A stretch of DNA of 34,304 nucleotides from Octopus bimaculoides (GCF_001194135.2 NC_068985.1:80263166-80297469); one strand, 5' to 3'. Numbered from the stretch's first letter, positions 1 through 10,705 are shown. Notes: a model not told the origin generated them from the sequence alone. Made by a program: numbers and translations.

Positions 1-233
1 GTTTATGGCTAGTGTTTCCAGAATCCACGTGTGGGGAACACTGTCGAAAGCCTTTTGGTAGTCCACCCAGGCCATACTGAGGCCTTTCTTCTTTCTGCGG
101 CTGTCTTCAGTTATGGCTTTATTGATCAATAATTGATCTTTACAGCCGTATGAGCCCTTGCAGCATCCCTTCTGCTCTTCTGGAAACAGGTTGTTATTTT
201 CCAAGTGTTTACTCAATCTCTGCGATATTATTG

Positions 234-234
<1 letters not shown>
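1..234 (-). mobile_element. R4/Dong-like non-LTR retrotransposon, reverse transcriptase fragment (continues past window start)
   Basis: Minus-strand translation AIISQRLSKHLENNNLFPEEQKGCCKGSYGCKDQLLINKAITEDSRRKKKGLSMAWVDYQKAFDSVPHTWILETLAIN contains the RT motif DYxKAFDSVPH and the EQKG motif typical of R4-clade RTs; its 5' junction abuts (AAT)n. Confidence 0.85.

Positions 235-291
<57 letters not shown>
235..291. repeat. (ATT)n microsatellite; tail of the adjacent minus-strand repeat
   Basis: Perfect ATT run seen directly. Confidence 0.95.
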
Positions 292-294
<3 letters not shown>

Positions 295-818
295 TGAGAG
301 CAGTGCATGCCATCAAAGTGACACTGGGGTTAAATATACGAAACCCAGTATATCCATCATGACTACCCGTCTTATAAGGGTGCACCAGGTACATGCATCA
401 CAACCATATGTGTGCAACATAGTGATTTCATATCAAGATTAACAGCGCATGACCTCGCAGGTGAGCCCCAGTTAGAATTTTCTTCAGGTCGAGTAGCCCA
501 TCCCGCTCAAAAGATCCCTGAATAAGGGTTGTTTGAGGATGTTGAACGAAACACCCATGTTTCCAAAGGTAAATTACCCAAACCCCAAAGAATTCCTCTC
601 AACGCATGGCTATGATGCTCCCCTACTACATATCGTCAGCCACTAAGGGACATGCTCAACTGGTTATGGTCAAGCAACTGACAAGCAAATCTGTGGTATT
701 GAGCAGAATATTTTCTGTAGCCCATCATTTATACTAAGACAAAAACAATGTACATGATAACACTTCCAATCAGTTAAGATCAGAAGCCATGAGAGCCACT
801 GCCTGGTACTGCCTCAGG
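292..818 (-). mobile_element. Unclassified ~530-bp interspersed repeat with (AAT)n tail (SINE-like or non-autonomous retroposon)
   Basis: Non-coding, ends in (AAT)n on the minus strand, with a stem-loop (ACTGGG 323-328 / CCCAGT 344-349) about 30 nt from the tail. It resembles an abundant octopus repeat as I recall it; only one copy is in the window. Confidence 0.55.
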
Positions 819-877
819 ATGATGCAAGGTTTCATTTTTTCATTTTGAGGCTTTACAATTGTTTTCTCGTTTTCTTT
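770..877 (-). CDS. Candidate terminal exon KENEKTIVKPQNEKMKPCIILRQYQAVALMASDLN*
   Basis: Acceptor attcatttttacag (AG at 879-878); a second in-frame acceptor ttttattttag lies 21 nt upstream; in phase with the 1008-1115 exon; stop TGA at 772-770 lies inside the adjacent repeat. No homology recognised. Confidence 0.3.
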   Translation of the reverse strand, partial: KENEKTIVKPQNEKMKPCIILRQYQAVALMASDLN

Positions 878-1007
878 CTGTAAAAATGAATACTGATCCT
901 AAAATAAAAACCATTTAAAAAAAACAAAATGCGCACACGTACACACGTACACACTCACACATTAAACTTAATTATTCCTCGGTTTAAGTCTACCATCTGG
1001 ATCTTAC

Positions 1008-1115
1008 GTGTCTGTAGCGGAGTCCACTCTGTTGTAAGCTTTCGGTGGTAGTCTCTGATTTGAGCATAGTTTCATCACTCACTTCTATCAGATTCGGAGG
1101 CTCTTCTTCCTCTGA
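1008..1115 (-). CDS. Candidate 108-nt phase-0 exon SEEEEPPNLIEVSDETMLKSETTTESLQQSGLRYRH
   Basis: Pyrimidine-rich acceptor tttcatttactttcatagcgcttag, donor AC|GTAAGA, open acidic reading frame; if unspliced it reads on to VRSRW* (stop 992-990). Product unknown. Confidence 0.45.
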
Positions 1116-1435
1116 CTAAGCGCTATGAAAGTAAATGAAAGTAAAGGAAAACAACTAAAGAAGTAATTAGAAACCATTGAAACATGTGTCATAAATATTC
1201 AATGTAGATGACGTATTAGATAGAAGGAAAAGAAAATAAGAGAAAACGTAAGAAGAATGATGAACGTGAAGGGAAAAGGAGCCAAGAAGGATAAAGAGAG
1301 TTGAAAGAAAAATTATAAGAATGAGAAGAAAAAGAGGGAAAAGAGCAATTTTGGTTCTTCTGTTTAGTTTTTCGGGAACATTATGACCTGCAGATCTAAA
1401 AATAAACTCAGGCTTCATTGGAACAAAATCCTTAC

Positions 1436-1479
1436 CAGTTGCAAAGTATGTATTTCTATGCAGTAAAATGACTAACTGC
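1436..1479 (-). CDS. Candidate small exon (44 nt QLVILLHRNTYFAT, or 20 nt 1436-1455 xIHTLQL)
   Basis: Donor CTG|GTAAGG at 1436/1435; acceptors ccttatacag (1479 start) or ttttactgcatag (1455 start). Only the 20-nt version is in phase with the SEEEE exon. Confidence 0.3.
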
Positions 1480-1674
1480 CTGTATAAGGTACAGCGAATT
1501 TATATATGTGTGTAAGGATGTATATAAACGTGTCGGCGTATGAACAAGTAATACACGCACGCACGCACACACACACACACACACATACACACACAATATG
1601 AAAACTTCATTCCAAAAGGTTCTTACCATTCTGTTGTTCAAAAAGATTTGTTTTTTAAATATCTTTTGTCTTTC

Positions 1675-1835
1675 ATGTTTTATTTGTTTCAGTCATTTGA
1701 CTGCGGCCATGCTGGGGCACTGCCTTGAAGGGTTTTAGTCGAATAAATCGACCCGGTGATTGTTTTTTAAGCCTAGTACTTATTCTATTGGTTTCTTTTG
1801 CCGAACTGCTATGTTACGGAGACGTAAACACTCCG
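1675..1835 (-). mobile_element. 3' half of tRNA-SINE family B
   Basis: Reverse complement matches the 3' part of the copy at 11798-12237 (gtttacgtc..cgtaac..ttcggcaaaaga..gatagaataagtac..gcggccgcagtcaaatgactgaaac-type blocks). Confidence 0.85.
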
Positions 1836-2357
1836 CACACACACGTATACATACTTATATACTCGTACATATACATACACCTATATAAATTATAATCCTA
1901 ATACAACCGTCGAAAGGGAAGCTATGTCCATAGTGAGCTCATACACTGTTGACGCAATTATATTACGTAATGCAGTAATAGTGACAATACATATCATGGT
2001 ACGTTACTAGTGTATGTTATCAACAGCAAGCATAGGTACCCTACTGGTCATAGAATTACAAACTAAATATACTCAATTGCCATGAAAGAAATATAGACAA
2101 GGACCAATAGACATTACGTAACAGGTTTAAAGTAAGCGAATGTTCAGTTCTCAATGATAGAAACAATTTAGCCTAAGTTCAGGTGTTTTATTAAGTAGAT
2201 TACCCTGATATTATACTAGTTCATATAGTCGGCAACCATACCGTGTTATTTGAATATAGTGAGGCTTTCCTAACTATACTCCTGACAATTTCAAACAGTT
2301 TGAAATGTTGTTGAATATTCCGTTCTTGCACCGAACGTGTCATATGTACACACAATT

Positions 2358-2411
2358 GTAGTACAGGTCCATGTAGTACAGGTCCATGTAGTACAGGTCC
2401 ATGTAGTACAG
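2358..2411. repeat. 15-bp tandem repeat (TGTAGTACAGGTCCA) x3.6
   Basis: Exact repeats seen directly. Confidence 0.95.
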
Positions 2412-2899
2412 ACGGTAAAGAGATGTTCTTCTCAGAGTTAACGAGTAGGTTTTACATGTGTTCCATTTCTTGCATTTCTTTCCCTTTATCACTTTTCAGG
2501 GCTAATGATAGTAGGAAAGAGTTTGATACTTCAACAACTCGGCTGTTGTACCCCGTTTATAAGCTAATACTACACAATTGACTTCTTGTTTTCTTGAAAT
2601 TTTATAAGAAGTCACGTGAGGGGACACAAGAAAAAAAATTGTTAAAAAAATGTTTTAATAAAAGAATGATTCGTAGAATGACTTTCTTAACCATTTATTT
2701 CTCGAGCCAATTTCGTACAAAGCATAAGTATAAAGAGAGAGGTGTTCGATTTCTGAATGAGCATTTCATTTCCCTCGATTCTCATTGTTTTATATAGATG
2801 CAGTCATTTTATATACACACACACAAATATATATATATAGAAAGAGAGAGACAGACAGAGATGTGTGTTTTTTTACATATATGTAAGGAGCGGTTCCAT

Positions 2900-3100
2900 G
2901 ATTGCCCATAGGACTCTTTTCCTCACTCTCATTCACAGCTGTTTATTTGACAATATCTATTATATCTCACCAATTGTGTCTTGATCTGTTCTGTCCTTGA
3001 CTTAGTTTCTTTAATATTTTTTTCCCATTTGATATAAGCATTGTTTCCAAATATTTAAAACTATTGAATTGTAATCCTTATACTGCAAAATTAGTGAAAT
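2900..3100 (-). mobile_element. Degenerate RTE-type LINE fragment (region C-terminal to the RT core)
   Basis: With one frameshift it reads FKYLETMLISNGK/NIKETKSRTEQIKTQLVRYNR, resembling the FKYLGS..T.NG....EI..RI..AK.AF block of RTE/CR1-type ORF2. Confidence 0.45.
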
Positions 3101-3122
3101 TTTCTTAAGATTGTAATTGTCT

Positions 3123-4755
3123 ATATTATTATTTTTTTTTTTTATCATTCCTTCCTAACACAGTGTAGGTAAAAATGCACCGGTGTCTTTAGTCATCTGT
3201 CAAGTCACACTTAACAAAGACCTCAGACAGATAATATTTTCCTTAAGATGTGCGCTGTGCCCAATAAGGCTGCTTTTTGCATGACATGGGATTTCCAGTT
3301 GCCTTAAGAAGTTTGAAGTTTCGATGGGGTTGAGCCCAACGCTCCGATCACCACTAGTATCACTTTTACATTACCCTCTCGAATTCCATACAGTCTTGCC
3401 ATTTCCACTTTGAATTCGAAGTACTTGGTGATTTTTTCAACCTTTTACTCACAACATTCATGTCATTTGGTATGGCTACATCAATGATCTGACAGTATTT
3501 GTCTCTCTTTTATTCAATATAACAATATCCGGCCGACGGTGTTCGATTACACGATCCGTCTGAAAATCAGTCCCAGAGTATCGTTACTTTTCCATCTTCC
3601 TGCATAACTTTACTTAGTACATACTCATACCAGTTCTCTGTTACTCCATATTGGCATTTACAGCATAAGAGCCAATGAAGACGCACACATACACACTTTA
3701 TCGTGGAGGCGCTTGTATTCTTTTTGTGCAAGGCTCTCACATCCACTTACCAAGTGGGTCACATTTTCCACACTCTTTCCACAGAGTCTGCATTTCTGGG
3801 TGTCAAAAGTTTTACAGATGTTATACTNNNNNNNNNNTTCCACAGAGTCTGCATTTCTGGGTGTCAAAAGTTTTACAGATGTTATACTTCACTGAATTGG
3901 TAGCGAGAGCCTGGTCTTGTGCAGCAATGATCAGGCTTTCGGTGGTACGCTTCAAGTCACCTCGCTCAAGCCATGCCCACGATGCTGTATCATCCTTAAC
4001 GTCTTGTGTATTCCTTTCAAACTGTCCATGCATTCTCATTTCAAGGTCTTCTTTTCTCTTCTCGGCTCTTTGGTTAAACTCTTCCTTGCCCATCATTTCA
4101 TCTGTATTAACAACCATCTCTTTCGTGGCATATTGCAGCAGGTCTTCATCACTATTTATCGAATACTAGGCAAGCGTTCTCCTTTCACTTCTTATAGAAT
4201 GGTCTATACTAATTAGTCCTCTGGCACCGTTCTTTCTTTTCATATGCAGTCTGTTTACGTTTGCTTTAGAGTATAGCGCCCCATGCAGCGTCATCAACTT
4301 TCTCGTCCTTCTATCCAGTGTTGATATTTCCTCCTTAGTCCATTTGAGGATGGACGCACTATATCTGACCACCGCAACTGCCCAGATATTCCTTGCGGTA
4401 ATCAAATTTTTGGCATTCAGGTTGGATTTCAACACCATCTTCACCCTTTTTTGATACACCTCGCTAACCTTGACTTTCATTTCTCTGTAGAATATCATCC
4501 AGCTGCAAAATCCCTAAATATTTATACCCACTACCGTCGGGTTCCCCGTGGTCTCTCCTGCTGGAAACCGCAATCGTCTGCAGGCTGCTTTCTTCCCTCT
4601 TTTCATATCAAGTACTGAGCATTTCGTAATCCCAAATTCCATACCGATGTCCCTACCACACTTCTGTTTTTCAGATTTCCCAAACAATTTCAGGCCATCC
4701 ACAAACAGAAGATGGGTCAATGATGGGCGTTTCTTCCCACATCAGTAACCCCTTT
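3123..4755 (-). mobile_element. 5'-truncated R4/Dong-like element: RT C-terminal half, CCHC zinc knuckle, REL endonuclease, 3' UTR and A/(AAT) tail
   Basis: Frameshifted pieces THLLFVDGLKLFGKSE (degenerate RT motif C), NLITARNIWAVAVVRYS, LESLIIAAQDQALAT-like, KCRLCGKSVENVTHLVSGCESLAQKEYKRLHDKV (CCHC + RHD), RRPDI..IDVAIP..KY (REL), QKAALLGTAHILRK. Confidence 0.92.
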
Positions 4756-4756
4756 T

Positions 4757-4957
4757 ATTATTATTTTTTTTAAATAAGATATGGTCCGTTGTCTTCTGGT
4801 GAACTGGGATCATCCCTTGACCCTAGGGTCACAGCAGGTCCTCATCTCAAGGCGTAAAATGTGTGCGGAACCTAGCAACACTATTTTCTGAAGTTCTCCC
4901 ACGTTAATACTGCAAGGGAGTTTGTTGAGTTGCTTATCAAGGCCTTTTAAAATTACT
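4757..4957 (-). mobile_element. Short 3' fragment of a second R4/Dong-like family
   Basis: ILKGLDKQLNKLPCSINVGELQKIVLLGSAHILR matches the R4 ORF C-terminus; its own 3' UTR ends in aaaaaaataataat; flanked 5' by (AAT)n at 4958-4982. Confidence 0.8.
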
Positions 4958-5009
4958 ATTATTATTATTATTATTATTATTGTCAGTCTTGTCATCTCTT
5001 AATCATTCT

Positions 5010-5218
5010 TTCTACTATAGGCATAAGGCCTGAAATTTTGGTGGGCGGAGGTTAGTCGAATATATCGATCCCAGTGTTTAACTGGTATTTTTTCACCGAC
5101 TCCGAAAGGATGAAAGGCAAAGTCGAACTCGGCAGAATTTAAGCTTAGAATGTAATGACAGGCTAAATGCTGCTTAGAATTTTGTTTGGCGCGCTAACGA
5201 TTCTGCCAGTTCACACCC
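5010..5218 (-). mobile_element. tRNA-headed SINE family A, diverged full-length copy
   Basis: Shares the body gtcgactttgcctttcatcctttcgg.gtcgataaa and the tail ..aaatttcaggcctt..tagtagaa with the copies at 10025 and 10776. Confidence 0.85.
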
Positions 5219-5224
5219 TTCAAT

Positions 5225-5400
5225 GGATTTAAATTTTGGCACGAGGTCAGTTGTTTAAGAGAGAATGGGATAAATCAATGGCATCGACCACAGTACTTGG
5301 CTGGTACGTTATTTTATCGACCCTGAAAGGATGAAAGACAAAACTGACCTCGGCGAAATTCGAACTCAGAAAGTAATGCCGGAAGAAATCCCGCTTATGC
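5225..5400 (-). mobile_element. SINE family A, 5'-interrupted copy
   Basis: cgaccctgaaaggatgaaagacaaaactgacctcggcgaaattcgaactc is the reverse complement of the family A B-box and body. Confidence 0.8.
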
Positions 5401-5627
5401 TTCTTATTTCTTTATTGCCCACAAGGGGCTAAACATAGAGGGGACAAACAAGGACAGACAAATGGATTAAGTCGATTACATCGACCCCAGTGCGCAACTG
5501 GTACTTAATTTATCGACCCCGAAAGGATAAGTCGACTTCGGCGGAATTTGAACCCAGAACATAAAGACAGACGAAATACCGTTAAGCATTTCGCCCGGCG
5601 TGCTAACGTTTCTGCCAGCTCGCCGCC
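5401..5627 (-). mobile_element. SINE family A, well-preserved copy with alternative tail
   Basis: Minus strand begins ggcggcgagctggcagaaacgttagc (A-box-like TGGCAGAAACG), B box GGTTCAAATTCC, body, GTCGAT-GTA-ATCGAC hairpin, and a distinct tail ending aataaagaaataagaa. Confidence 0.9.
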
Positions 5628-5784
5628 TTAGTCAGGTCTTAACACTAATACTTTGTTTAGTTACAACAAAAGCAATCACTACTGCTATGCTATGGACATA
5701 CAATGACATACAAGAAATACTGTATGCAAAACAGCCATTAGGCCAGATACGTGTTGTTTCTTCTCTCTGTGCCATTAACTACAG

Positions 5785-5812
5785 TTACAATGGCCTGCAC
5801 TCCTCTGAAATA
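5785..5812 (+). other. Candidate 28-nt micro-exon (xYNGLHSSEI)
   Basis: Polypyrimidine acceptor gttgtttcttctctctgtgccattaactacag and perfect donor GTAAGT at 5813-5818; no partner exon identified. Confidence 0.2.
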
Positions 5813-6223
5813 GTAAGTTGAGTGCTGCAAAAATCCAAGCCAACTCATTTGTTACTGTCTCTTCTTCCCACGACGACCCTATTCTGTCACAATCTTCGCT
5901 TTACTTCATCTTTCTTTCTTTCCCACAAACTCAGTTGGTGGTTGAAATGTTCTTTTTTTTTTTAGGAAGTAAGGGCTTCGTGAGGCTGGGTTTGGAAAGG
6001 ATTTCTAGTGTTGAAGGATAGACTTTATAAGCCCCCAATCCCGTGAGCTACAAAATAGAGGAACACTCACTCGTCCCCTACGTGACTCCCCCCACCCATT
6101 TCTGTCACTGGTTTCAATTCTTTCATATTCCGCTTTGTACACGGTTTGCATACAGCCATCATCGAGCAAAACTTAAAGCTGACCATCAACGTTATAATGT
6201 TATTTCCTAATCAGGAAAGAGAT

Positions 6224-6260
<37 letters not shown>

Positions 6261-7041
6261 GATGTGATAAGGCTGACTGACTAGAGTGAATTGAAGCAGT
6301 TGCGATAGTAGTAGTGAGAAAACGTAGGAAGGGGAGGAGGGGGTGGAGGTTTGGAGGATAACGAAAATATGGTAAAAAGAATTTAAAACAAGAAACGAAC
6401 TGATAAGTTTTGATGGAACGTAGAGTATTCATTGGACATGGAAACGTGTGTGCATAGTGTATGCGTGTGCATGTGTGCATAGTGTGTTTGTTTATATGAG
6501 CGCGTTTGTGTATGAGTGCGTGTGTGTATGAACATATCTGTATGAGTATGTGTGTGAGTGTGTTGCATTATGTGTGTCTGTGTGTGCGCTTGTTTGTTTA
6601 CTTTGTTTTATGTAAAGATGAAATTAGGGATGTGCGTCAGTATGAATGTGTGTTGCATGTCCGAGGCCACTAGTTACTGCCACTAGATAACTAAAATTAT
6701 TTGAAAGAGAACATCATATCAAGGAAAAGGTCATCGACTATCTGTCTTTTAGAGATTGTATAGGTTCTTTATCTTATTTATGAGACACAACTTGAGCCCC
6801 CTTCTGAAACAATTCTGAGTAGAACTTTTATTGACAAAGATTTATCTAAAATATACTAAATTTATATGACTATTTGCTTTAGATATAAATCCAGGCAAGA
6901 GCGAGTACTACTTCGATGTTGCACATACACACGTGTGTCTGTCTATCTATCTATCTATCTATCACTGTTAGGTAAAGAAAGAGGCGAGTGGGTCGATATT
7001 GCCTAAATGAAAGACACACAAGATCAAACCACTCTAAGAGT

Positions 7042-7256
7042 GGAGTCGCGTGGTTTAGTGGTTAGGGTGTTGGAATCGTGATAGTAAGAGTGTAGTTTCG
7101 ATTCCTGGACCGATGGACATGTGTTCTTGAGCAAAACGCTTCATGTCACGTTGCTCCAGTCCACTCAGCTGATAAAAATGAGTAATCCTGCGACGGACCG
7201 ACATCCCGTCCAGGTGGAGGAATATATACACCATGCAAACTGGGAAACCGGCCCTT
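7042..7256 (+). mobile_element. tRNA-headed SINE with CORE-like central domain
   Basis: A box TGGTTTAGTGG (7051-7061), B box GTTTCGATTCC (7095-7105), then ttcttgagcaaaacgcttc..cactcagctgataaaaatgagt, which resembles the CORE-SINE domain. Confidence 0.7.
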
Positions 7257-7479
7257 TACTGAAAAGCTCTAAGAAACACAGAACATTATAGTGACGAATA
7301 AAAAGGGCAGAGAGAGAGAAGACAGCACGCCTGTTGACTAGAAGTTGGAGTGTGTCACCCTTCTTTGGATGCAGGTCAGGGTGTGTTTTTGTGCAGTAAC
7401 AGTACCGTGGTAGATGTGGAAGTAATGCTTCATTGTGAATTTCACTATCTTTAAATATCTTCTGGCCTTGAAGTAACGT

Positions 7480-7779
7480 GTCAGTGTGTGTGCATGCGAA
7501 TGTGTGTGTGTATGTCTGCGTGTGTGTGCGTGTGTGTGTGCGTGTGTGTGTGTGCATGTGAGACTATATAAGTATGTGTATATATGTGTGCTCGTATTCA
7601 GCATGTGTGTATACTTGTATCTATATCTGTATGTACGTATGCAAGTATATATATAATATAGAGAAATAGATAAACAGATGCTATATACATACATACACAC
7701 ATACATACAGACGTACATATATACATAATACATACAGGCATACATACCTACTAATATGCTTGTATGTATATATACATAC

Positions 7780-7828
<49 letters not shown>

Positions 7829-7913
7829 GGAGAGAGAAAGAGGTAAAGAAAGAGTGAATGCGCGTTTGTGTGTGCGTGTGCGTGTGCGTGTGCGTGTGCG
7901 TGTGTGGGGTGTG
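7480..7913. repeat. Compound (TG)n/(TA)n/(TACA)n/(AG)n/(TGCG)n microsatellite block
   Basis: Seen directly; source of the HT-, CV- and YI-rich spurious ORFs. Confidence 0.95.
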
Positions 7914-9289
7914 NNNNNNNNNNNNNNNNNNNNNNNNNNNNNNGGGGGGGGGGGCGTGTGAAAACAGCAAAAGCAGTGCTTTTAGCTGCGCCTTCTTGAG
8001 TATCACATTTATTGGGTCTTGATAATTTCAGTACTTGACACTTGTGATGTGTTGCGCCGTGGTATGGGTGGAACGGTGTGTTGAAATACAGTGTGAGGGT
8101 ATTACGATATTGATCGGTGTGGTATAGTATAGGGGTGAACATGGTATAGCATGGTATGCTATGGTCTGAAATGGTGTGGTGTAGTGAGGTATGGAGCAAA
8201 GCACTGTACTTAGTGAACAAAGAATACATTTCAAACATTTAAGATAAAGATTAACTTTTTAAAGGATGTCTGCTGACCTTAAAGTCAGGATTTGGGCTGC
8301 TAATAAATCAAAAACCTGATGCTGTATGTTTAAGTGCAATTCGTGAGACTTCACAAAGGCGAATATCATATTGGTATTGACGTTTCTTTCGTTCTGTTTG
8401 ACGAGTCAGAAGGTCATCAGATTCTATGTATATCGATTTCCAGCTTTGGAAGCAAGAATAAAAAATCACAAAGGAATGAATGGTAGCGTCGATTGAAGAG
8501 ACCCAAGCAACACATTTTACTTTTAATAGTATTCGAGCTAATGTGGGTGAGTGGGAGAGTGGGTAACTCTGTTTTGTCGTTCTATTAGAAGGAGCCCAAA
8601 CTCCCGTAAATCACACCCTTAGACTTCAAATCAAGATCTTTAAATTTTTAGCATAATGGTTTCTGATTTAGACACAAGGCTAACAATTTTTGAAGGGAGG
8701 GGGAGAAGTTGATACCATCAACTCCAGTACATGATTGATATTTTAATAACCACAGGAGATGAAACTGGAATTCAGAGCGTAAAAAAAGTAGGAAAAAATA
8801 CCGCAAAATAATTTATCCAACCTTTTAACGAGTTTACCAATTCACCGGTCTTTAACATAATGAAAAATGCTCCATTTCAGGGCTTTACTTCCAACAGTCT
8901 TAAATATGGAATGAAATCAAAGACATAATCAAAATCTTTTACTCAATAAAACAACGTTATGAAGGTTTATAAACATTTTTGCACCAAAATAAAAATACCA
9001 GAATTCATAAATTAGGCTAAAGTTGTGTTTGCTGATGAACTTTTAATAGTTTTTCTATGTATAAAATATGTATTTTGAATTCTTTGAGGCTTGGAAGTGT
9101 TCTTTACGCCTTGAGGTTTTTAATTTCACTCTTCTTGGATGCATAAAATTCTGTGAAATTTCAACCCTTTCTTTGCACCCCGCGGTTTCTAATCTCACTC
9201 GCGCGGTGCAAATTTGAATTTCTTTGATTTGCATTCCGGTCGTTGACGTTCTTGCTTACGTTCAATGAATGAACCTAATTTGCGGAAAC

Positions 9290-9470
9290 ACGATCGTATC
9301 CGGCGCTTCCACACACTTTCTATCGACCAATTTGCATTTATAAAACGTTGATTAACTCAAAGTAGCTGTAGAAGACACAAGGTAAAGGTGTTACGCAGTA
9401 GAATCGAACCCAGAAACACATGGTTGCAATGCGAACTTCTTAACTTACACAGTCAGGCATCATCCTTCTT
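9290..9470 (-). mobile_element. Degenerate head of SINE family B
   Basis: Reverse complement gcctgactgtgtaagttaagaagttcgc..caaccatgtgtttctgggttcgattctactgcgt..gtgtcttctac parallels 11798-11900. Confidence 0.65.
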
Positions 9471-9479
9471 CACAGCAAC

Positions 9480-9690
9480 TTTGTTGTTGCTGCTGTTGTT
9501 GTTGTTGTTTAGCTTCAGGTAATCCCTACTTTATTAGATCTATGACAAGACGGGACCATCAACATTTTTTTCAGACTTAATATAATCTAGGATTGCATTA
9601 TTTTAACCGCGGTAAAGTGGAATTTGAAGGAGATTTGATTGCTATCTCTAGCAAGCTGATCGACCATGTAAAGGATCCTTCGCTGAATCA
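9480..9690 (-). mobile_element. Interspersed repeat family C with (CAA)n tail
   Basis: The motif gaaggagattt.a.tg.tat.tcta...gaccatgt recurs at about 27510-27560 and 30071-30116; (TTG)n tail on the plus strand. Confidence 0.65.
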
Positions 9691-9834
9691 CAACACTACT
9701 ATTTTATCAACCTCGGCAGGTTAGGAACATAAAGTCGTAATGAAATACTTCAAAGTATTTTATTCCAATATTCCGCCGTTCCTACAATTCTGCTTCTCTT
9801 GAAACCTGATGACGATAGTATTAATATAAATTTC

Positions 9835-10015
9835 TAACAGTGATATAAGGCCGTACATTTCAGAGAAGGAGAATAATCGATTAAATCATTTTATTCTACT
9901 GCGCTGTATTTTTATCGACCACTCAGAAGGATGAAAGGCAAAGTTGACTCCGGTAGAATTTTGAATACTGAGCCTAAACAGACATAATCAAATACCACAA
10001 AACATTTTGCCTAAT
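9835..10015 (-). mobile_element. Degenerate SINE family A
   Basis: ttttatcgacc..gaaggatgaaaggcaaagttgactccgg matches the family body in reverse. Confidence 0.7.
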
Positions 10016-10024
10016 ACCCTGATG

Positions 10025-10220
10025 TGGTGAGCTGGAAAAATCGCTACAGAGCTGGACAAATGCTTAGGGGAATTTCGTCCGACCTTACGTTCTCGGTTCA
10101 AATTCCGCCTAGGTCGACTTTGCCTTTCATCCTTCGGGGTCGATAAAATAAGTACCAGTTGAGTACTTATCCCTCAAAATTTCAGGCCTTGTACCTATAG
10201 TAGAAAGGATAATGATTATT
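10025..10220 (+). mobile_element. SINE family A copy whose (ATT)n tail is interrupted by an R4/Dong insertion
   Basis: Head gtggtgagctggaaaaatcg, B box GGTTCAAATTCC, body gtcgactttgcctttcatccttcggggtcgataaaataagtaccag, tail tagtagaaaggataatgattatt. Confidence 0.88.
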
Positions 10221-10703
10221 TACGCACAACAGATTATACACTTGGGAAAAAAAAACTCCTAGCATCAGGCTACAACAAGTAACCTTAGATGCCGAGAACC
10301 TTCCTAAATATCCTAGCTGTCCCTAATAATACTGTTTTCAGGAGCTGCACTAATCTAGGTTTTATGCCAAACGATCTGTTCAAATCTTTAGGAATAGCTC
10401 CTAATGCACCTATAACTATAAGGATTTTACTTACACTTTCAATAGCCTCAGTAACTCAATGGCTAGGTTCTGATACTTTGCTATTCTCTCTTTACCTCTC
10501 ATGTTGACTTTTTCATCGTTTGGGACAGTAAAGTCAATTACCTGGTACCTTCTATTCCCTTTGTCAACTACTACTAAACCAGGCCTTCTAACTTCTATTA
10601 TTCTCTCAGTCTGAGTGTAAAGATCCCATAGGTTCATGTTCAAACCCTAGCTTTCTACATTAACTCACAGCGGATTATTCTCCCTAGGTTATCATTTCTT
10701 TCC

Positions 10704-10705
<2 letters not shown>
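10218..10705 (-). mobile_element. 5'-truncated R4/Dong-like REL endonuclease fragment (third 3' UTR type)
   Basis: KERNDNLGRIIRCEL (RHD region), TERIIEVRRPGLVVVDK..VIDFTVPND..ERIAKYQNLAIEL, IVIGALGAIPK..KTVLLGTARIFRKVL; starts exactly at (AAT)n. Confidence 0.9.

Noticed and set aside
1167-1418. 83-aa ORF with an apparent transmembrane stretch
   Set aside because: The hydrophobic part derives from a purine-rich (plus-strand GA/AA) tract that lies in the presumed intron between candidate exons.
2358-2411. Short direct repeats as a possible CRISPR-like array
   Set aside because: Head-to-tail 15-bp units with no spacers, in eukaryotic DNA; no CRISPR array or cas gene is present in the window.
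3777-3888. 51-bp direct repeat inside the R4 element (3777-3827 and 3838-3888)
   Set aside because: The two identical copies flank exactly 10 Ns, the signature of an unmerged contig overlap rather than a real duplication.
6211-8238. HT-, CV-, YI- and poly-Pro-rich ORFs
   Set aside because: Translations of (CA)n, (TA)n, (TATG)n and (GGC)n microsatellites; the same applies to 150-442, 14200-14494, 18519-18756, 19384-19656, 24114-24380 and 30095-30490.
9806-9812. Isolated CTGATGA as a further hammerhead core
   Set aside because: No stem II or GAAA box follows.
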